Position numbers and translations under genes: made by a program. Positions 58,975 through 64,000 of a stretch of 64,000 nucleotides of DNA are shown one piece after another (positions within the stretch are counted from its first letter, which is position 1; the number at the start of each line of letters is the position of its first letter). The notes beneath the pieces are model-generated. The model ran no database searches. It saw only the letters and a list, made by a program, of their open reading frames with translations, and was not told the DNA's origin. Source of the DNA: Chitinophaga pinensis (lineage in GTDB: Bacteria > Bacteroidota > Bacteroidia > M30B66); NCBI GenBank assembly GCA_945883545.1, contig CAMCXT010000004.1, forward strand, positions 11,829 to 75,828. The letters run 5' to 3'.

Positions 58975-60432
58975 TTAGTTTTTAATAGGCAAAAGTGTAG
59001 CATTTTTCTCAAAATCGAAAAGTGTTGTTCTTCTAAGTTGATACCATGTAACCCAAAAATCTCGCAAAGTGCTCACATAACTAATAATTGCTTGATCTTT
59101 TTCGTTTTGAGCGATCAATAAATTGGTGATTTCCATCGTTCCAATTTTATAACGGTTTCTAGCCGCTTCAAACCTTTTTTTCGCAATGGTATCGGCCTTC
59201 GAAGAGATTTCAACACTGGTTTTTAATTGTTTCAATTGTAATGCCAAACCAATTGCATCGGTTTCTAATTGCTGCAAACTAGCCGCTGTTGATTGCAGTG
59301 TTGCATCATATGCATATTGTGCAGCTTTTTGTGCTGACCTATTCGACCCAAAACCCATAATTGGGATACTGAATCCTAATCCTGCATATTGAGAGTTTAC
59401 AGGCGCTGCCAATGCTTGATCGATTGTTGTGCCCGTTTGGTTCAAACCGTAACTCAGAATGATATCCGATTGAGGCAATCGACTTAGCTTAGCTTCACTT
59501 AATTGTCGATTTACTTGATTGATATTGATTTCATTGGCAATTAGATCGCTTCTGTTCTTCAATGCTTCTTGCCTCGATTTTTCGGGATCAGGAACATTAA
59601 TAGGTAATTGAAGCGGAGCAAGCAAAACAATTTTACTGTCTAATTTTCCAGTATAACGCTCCAGTTGACGACGTGCAAGTTCCACTTGAAGGGTTTGTTG
59701 CTCCACCGAATTGCGTGCATTGGTGTAACTTAATTCAACTTGTAATAGTTCACTTTCTGCAATTTTTCCAACTCCATATCTCCCTTTTGCAATTCTATAA
59801 ATTGTATCGTTCATCGTTTCATTTAATTCGGCATTTAACAATTGCAATTGTGCAATATATAAATCGAAATATCTTGTAATAACCTCTGCATTTAATGCTT
59901 CTATTTGCTCTACTTGTTGGCGTGTGGCCAATTCAAGCCTGAGTTTACTCTGTTTCCAATTAAATTTTTGAATGTTAAATTGAAACAATGGTTGATAGAA
60001 GGTAATTTGTAAAGGATTGGTTTGATAGAAAGTTGAGTTTTCAGCTTCAAAGATATCCCCACGATTTATTCTACTTTCGAGTAAAATAGAGCCTCCAGTT
60101 GCCGGAATTGATTGACTTAACGATAATCCAACATTTGAGTATGCTTGCCTTACAGGAATAAATTGAAACGAACCATCAGGTTGAAGTACTTGATTAATTC
60201 TTCTTTGATATCCCGGTAAATCAGCATTTAATCTAATTTGTGGAGCTCTATTTCCCAATGCTGCCTTGTACAACCACTTATTGCTTTCATAGGTTGATTG
60301 TATTTGTTTGGCCACCGGACTGTTTGCTGTCGACTGTTCCAAGGCTTGTTGTAAACTCAACAAGGTTTGCCCATTTAGTGTTTGACCGAGCAAAAATGCA
60401 CCAAACAATACGATGAGAATTTGTTTATTCAT
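58975..60432 (-). CDS. TolC family outer membrane efflux protein
   Basis: LSLQQAL, RYGVGKI..ELLQVEL, RYKIG....LLIAQ; operon with an adaptor and a permease. Confidence 0.9.
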   Translation of the reverse strand: MNKQILIVLFGAFLLGQTLNGQTLLSLQQALEQSTANSPVAKQIQSTYESNKWLYKAALGNRAPQIRLNADLPGYQRRINQVLQPDGSFQFIPVRQAYSNVGLSLSQSIPATGGSILLESRINRGDIFEAENSTFYQTNPLQITFYQPLFQFNIQKFNWKQSKLRLELATRQQVEQIEALNAEVITRYFDLYIAQLQLLNAELNETMNDTIYRIAKGRYGVGKIAESELLQVELSYTNARNSVEQQTLQVELARRQLERYTGKLDSKIVLLAPLQLPINVPDPEKSRQEALKNRSDLIANEININQVNRQLSEAKLSRLPQSDIILSYGLNQTGTTIDQALAAPVNSQYAGLGFSIPIMGFGSNRSAQKAAQYAYDATLQSTAASLQQLETDAIGLALQLKQLKTSVEISSKADTIAKKRFEAARNRYKIGTMEITNLLIAQNEKDQAIISYVSTLRDFWVTWYQLRRTTLFDFEKNATLLPIKN

Positions 60433-61786
60433 AGCGTAATGATTCAATTGGATTTTGTTGTGATGCTTTTCTAGCTGGATAAATTCCGAAAATCAATCCG
60501 ACACTTACTGAAACAAAGAAGGAAATGACCACCGAAGTGCCTGAAATCACTGTTTCGATATCTGCGAATATTTCGATTAAATATGAAAATACAATGCCGA
60601 GGATAATTCCTAAAATGCCTCCACTTAAACTGATAACAATAGCTTCAGCAATAAATTGATACACAATATCGGCTCTTCTCGCACCAATGGCAAGGCGCAA
60701 TCCAATTTCTTTGATCCGCTCAAGCACCGATGCCAACATGATATTCATAATTCCAATTCCACCCACCAACAATGAAATCCCGGCAATTACAGCCAAAACC
60801 AAATTAAATAGTTTCCTTGTTTTTTGTTCTTGTTTGAGCAGCAATTCGGGCACTACAATTTCATAATCTTCAGCACCGAAATGCCGTCTTTTTAATAGTT
60901 TGTCGATTACTTCCACTGCAGGTTCCATCGAATTGCTTTCCTGCATTGTAACTACCAAACGATCGAGCTGATTGTAATTTACAACGGCTACAGATTTACT
61001 TGAACTTTCGCCTGTTTCTTCTGCGTTGGCTTGTTCTTCTTGATACCGTTTGATTTCTTCTTTCGTTACTTCTGAGCGGTTCATCACACGCATCAAAAAG
61101 GTTTGTATAGGCACATACACTTCTTGGTTCACGTTTCGGATGCTCAATTTCGACATTGATTTTTCATCCACTTTTCTGTCATCCAATATCCCAATTACCT
61201 TAAACCAGGTTCCACCACATTTAATTGGCTGCCCAATGGCTTCGGTATTTGCAAAAAGCTTCGATTGAATTCCTCTGCCAATCAAGCAAACGGGCATCGA
61301 ATTTTCCCACTGCAAGTCAGAAAATGATTGTCCTTGGGTTACCGAAATTCCACTGGTTTCAAAATAGGCATTTGTAATTCCAAGTAACTTGCCTTTTGTC
61401 TTTAATCCATTGGTGAAAAATACCATTTCACTCTCAATTTCGGGGCTCACCGATTTTACTCCTGGAACAGTTTGTTGAATGTTTTCAGAATCAGCCAAAC
61501 TTAAGCCTGGTGAGAACTTCTCGTTTTCTTGTCCGGGTTTTCGGTTCTTCTGTTCCTCTTCGGTTTTAGGCTCAGGAAGTTTTATTTTGATAACAATATT
61601 GTTGCTTCCAATTTGCTTGATTTGTTCGAGAATTTCTTTTTCAGCGCCGTTCCCAATCGCCAACATGGCAATCACAGCTGCTACACCAAAAATAATCCCC
61701 AATGATGTTAGTACCGCCCTGAAACGGTTGTTTATCACGGCATCTAAGCCATTTTTAAGATTAAAGAGGACACGTTCTCTCTCCAT
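60425..61786 (-). CDS. MacB-like ABC permease (no fused NBD)
   Basis: RAVLTSLGIIFGVAAVIAM, ISLLVGGIGIMNIMLASVLERIKEIGLR, PARKAS..NPIESLRYE. Confidence 0.93.
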   Translation of the reverse strand: MERERVLFNLKNGLDAVINNRFRAVLTSLGIIFGVAAVIAMLAIGNGAEKEILEQIKQIGSNNIVIKIKLPEPKTEEEQKNRKPGQENEKFSPGLSLADSENIQQTVPGVKSVSPEIESEMVFFTNGLKTKGKLLGITNAYFETSGISVTQGQSFSDLQWENSMPVCLIGRGIQSKLFANTEAIGQPIKCGGTWFKVIGILDDRKVDEKSMSKLSIRNVNQEVYVPIQTFLMRVMNRSEVTKEEIKRYQEEQANAEETGESSSKSVAVVNYNQLDRLVVTMQESNSMEPAVEVIDKLLKRRHFGAEDYEIVVPELLLKQEQKTRKLFNLVLAVIAGISLLVGGIGIMNIMLASVLERIKEIGLRLAIGARRADIVYQFIAEAIVISLSGGILGIILGIVFSYLIEIFADIETVISGTSVVISFFVSVSVGLIFGIYPARKASQQNPIESLRYE

Positions 61787-61787
61787 C

Positions 61788-63197
61788 TTATTCCACAATT
61801 ACTGTTGATTCCTCAGGATTTCCGGTGTTTCGTTTAGCAGGTTGTGCTTTTGCCAAATGGTCGAGCAACTTCTTCTGTTCTGTAGGATCAATCCACGGTT
61901 TTGGTGGAGCTGGCTTTTGCGATAATTTCTCAGTTTCTATGCCGGTCGTATCGCCTGGAGTGCTCAAATACACTTCATCTCCAGCTTCTAAACCACTGTA
62001 AACCAATGCCGATTGATCGTTCAATGCAGCCACAAGCACTTCTTGTTTATTGAAGGTTCCTCCTTTCTTTTTCCACACGTAGCTGATCGATTTGTCGGTG
62101 GTTAACGCTTCCAGCGGAATACTCATGGCTTCTTTGTACTCCTCAATATGAATGGTGTTGCTGGTAGTCATTGATGGCCGTAACGTAGAATCAGGATTCA
62201 ACACGTCGATCACCACTTCAAATACTTTTGCATCTTGATTCGGCCGCTGTTCTCCGATGTTGGCAACTTGAACAACGACACCTTTTAGTTTTTTGTCGGG
62301 CTCTGCATCTAAACTGATGTCGGCGGCTTGACCAGGTTTTATTTTTCGAATATCCACCTCGTTCACATAAGTCAACACTTGTACTTCACGTAAATCGGGC
62401 AGTGTAGCTACAGCTGGTTCCCATGGTGAGATGTTGCTACCTATAATTTTCTTGCTCCCATTCCAATTTTTAACATAAATCACCATGCCGTCTTTTGGAG
62501 CTTTGATGTCCATTTTTTGCAGCAAGTCATTGATTCGGTCTAATCCATTTTGGGCTTTCGACAAATCGGCATAGATGATTTCAACTTTTGTCGCTGCTTG
62601 TGCAACCTTGGTTTGGTAATTCTCGACTTTTTGCTTGTAGTTCCGATCAGCTTTTTCGAGTGCTAATTGCTTTTGTTGCTGGTATGCAGGAGCTTCGTAG
62701 ATCGATTGTTCAACTTCAAGTCTTGCTTCTTCCCGCGCCGATTTCAAGTTGAGTAGTTCATCTCTCGAATCGCGCAAAGTAATGGCAGTATCGAGGCGAG
62801 CCTGTTTAAATTCGGATGATTTTTTATCCACCTCAAGAACTGCCTCTTGAAGCATCGTCATGATGGGCGTTTTGTCTAAGGATGCCACGAAGTCGCCTTC
62901 TTTTACCAGTGTACCTTCTGGAACTAATTCCTGAATTTTGGTTCCATTCCACATTCCCGCTTGTTGCATTTCTGCGCCAGGAGCATCAATGTTTTTCTGA
63001 TTTTTAGCCTTGATTTCTCCCGTGGTTTGCACCGAGATACTGAAAAGTCCTTTCGATACTGGTGCAGTAAGAACCAATCCTTGACTTGCTTTTGAACCTC
63101 CGAAGAAAATCAAGTAAATGGCAATGACTACAACTACAACAGCTGTAATCGGAACGATTTTTTTCTTCTTCGGTGAAGCTGTAGTTGCTTTATTCAT
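61788..63197 (-). CDS. MacA-like periplasmic adaptor subunit
   Basis: N-terminal TM, VPEG..VKEGD, coiled coil, IKAPKDGMV, VNEVDI.KIKPGQ, LRPSMT; TATATTTG upstream at ~63216. Confidence 0.9.
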   Translation of the reverse strand: MNKATTASPKKKKIVPITAVVVVVIAIYLIFFGGSKASQGLVLTAPVSKGLFSISVQTTGEIKAKNQKNIDAPGAEMQQAGMWNGTKIQELVPEGTLVKEGDFVASLDKTPIMTMLQEAVLEVDKKSSEFKQARLDTAITLRDSRDELLNLKSAREEARLEVEQSIYEAPAYQQQKQLALEKADRNYKQKVENYQTKVAQAATKVEIIYADLSKAQNGLDRINDLLQKMDIKAPKDGMVIYVKNWNGSKKIIGSNISPWEPAVATLPDLREVQVLTYVNEVDIRKIKPGQAADISLDAEPDKKLKGVVVQVANIGEQRPNQDAKVFEVVIDVLNPDSTLRPSMTTSNTIHIEEYKEAMSIPLEALTTDKSISYVWKKKGGTFNKQEVLVAALNDQSALVYSGLEAGDEVYLSTPGDTTGIETEKLSQKPAPPKPWIDPTEQKKLLDHLAKAQPAKRNTGNPEESTVIVE

Positions 63198-63349
63198 TGT
63201 TGATGGGGTGATGAGGCAAATATATCTTTTTTCGAATAGGTGTTTATACTTATCAGTCCAACATCTTGAACGCTTCCTTCTTTTCTAAATTGTTTATAAT
63301 TGTGATTAATGATGAATGTCGAAAATTTGATGATTGTGGACTGATTGTT

Positions 63350-64000
63350 TTACCTATTTGCTCTGGTGTAGGATTTATTTAGCCATTTGATAAATGTGCC
63401 TTCAATAATTCCAATCTTTTTATAGGAACTACGGAAGGTATTTTTAATGTAAACAATGGTTTCTCCTCCCTCTTCGTTTAAATACAATTCTTCTTTGAAA
63501 TTCAATTCGGCAAAAAGAATTTCTTGATTTGATTTTAAACTGAACCAAATCCAATTGTAACGTGACTCTAAATTGCCGTTGGGCTTTCTGAATTCTACCT
63601 CTTCTACCAATTGCAATATATTTTTGTTCACATAGCTGAACTTCACTTTATACGACTCTCCTGTGAAGTTAAATTGTTCTTCACCAGTGAAGAAATTAAA
63701 TATTTTAAATTTTGAAGGTGTTGAATATTTCGATGTTACATGAACGGTGCTGTCTATAATATTGGCATTTAATTCATAATCAAACCAAAATTCTCTGCCA
63801 TTCTTTGGGTTGATGATGGTTGTATTGTATGAGTTCTTTTCCTTCACATAATAATAGTGATCATATTTATTGTAATTAATCATTTCCTTAAATTTAAGTG
63901 GGATAATCATTTCTCCCGAATTCAATGAAATAACGCCCCACATTCCTTCTTTTTTGCAGATCAGGTGTTTGTTCGTCTGTTTATAAGCGGATGCTGCATC
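63350..64000 (-). CDS. WG-repeat-like protein (starts outside the window)
   Basis: Frame is open from 64000: ...HLICKKEGMWGVISLNSGEMIIPLKF. Confidence 0.55.
   Translation of the reverse strand, partial: DAASAYKQTNKHLICKKEGMWGVISLNSGEMIIPLKFKEMINYNKYDHYYYVKEKNSYNTTIINPKNGREFWFDYELNANIIDSTVHVTSKYSTPSKFKIFNFFTGEEQFNFTGESYKVKFSYVNKNILQLVEEVEFRKPNGNLESRYNWIWFSLKSNQEILFAELNFKEELYLNEEGGETIVYIKNTFRSSYKKIGIIEGTFIKWLNKSYTRANR

Overview
64 kb of Bacteroidota chromosome. The phylum call rests on TAnnTTTG promoters, T9SS C-terminal domains, carboxypeptidase-domain TonB receptors and the birA/rsfS-ftsH-cdsA order. All family assignments are from motif recognition, with no database search. Core content: ccmC-ccmD-ccmE, a MoxR/DUF58/DUF4350/DUF4129/SpoIIM/RDD cluster, holA, hutI, birA, rsfS, ftsH, cdsA, SRP RNA, three TonB receptors, a LytS/LytTR pair, several T9SS cargo proteins, GT-C-like membrane proteins and a MacAB-TolC-like efflux set. 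The 1.8-16.7 kb region looks accessory. About 13 copies of one REP-like palindrome, a second REP-doublet family and heptamer tracts divide it into modules. Those modules include an mbnP-mbnH pair joined to a T9SS-secreted YHYH protein (the best candidate for an undescribed system), an MntA-HepT pair whose toxin is inactivated twice, and an FGE/C-type-lectin-fold gene between direct-repeat REP arrays. A structured ~180-bp tandem repeat lies at 55.1-55.6 kb. I saw no CRISPR array, rRNA, tRNA, transposase, integrase or reverse transcriptase.
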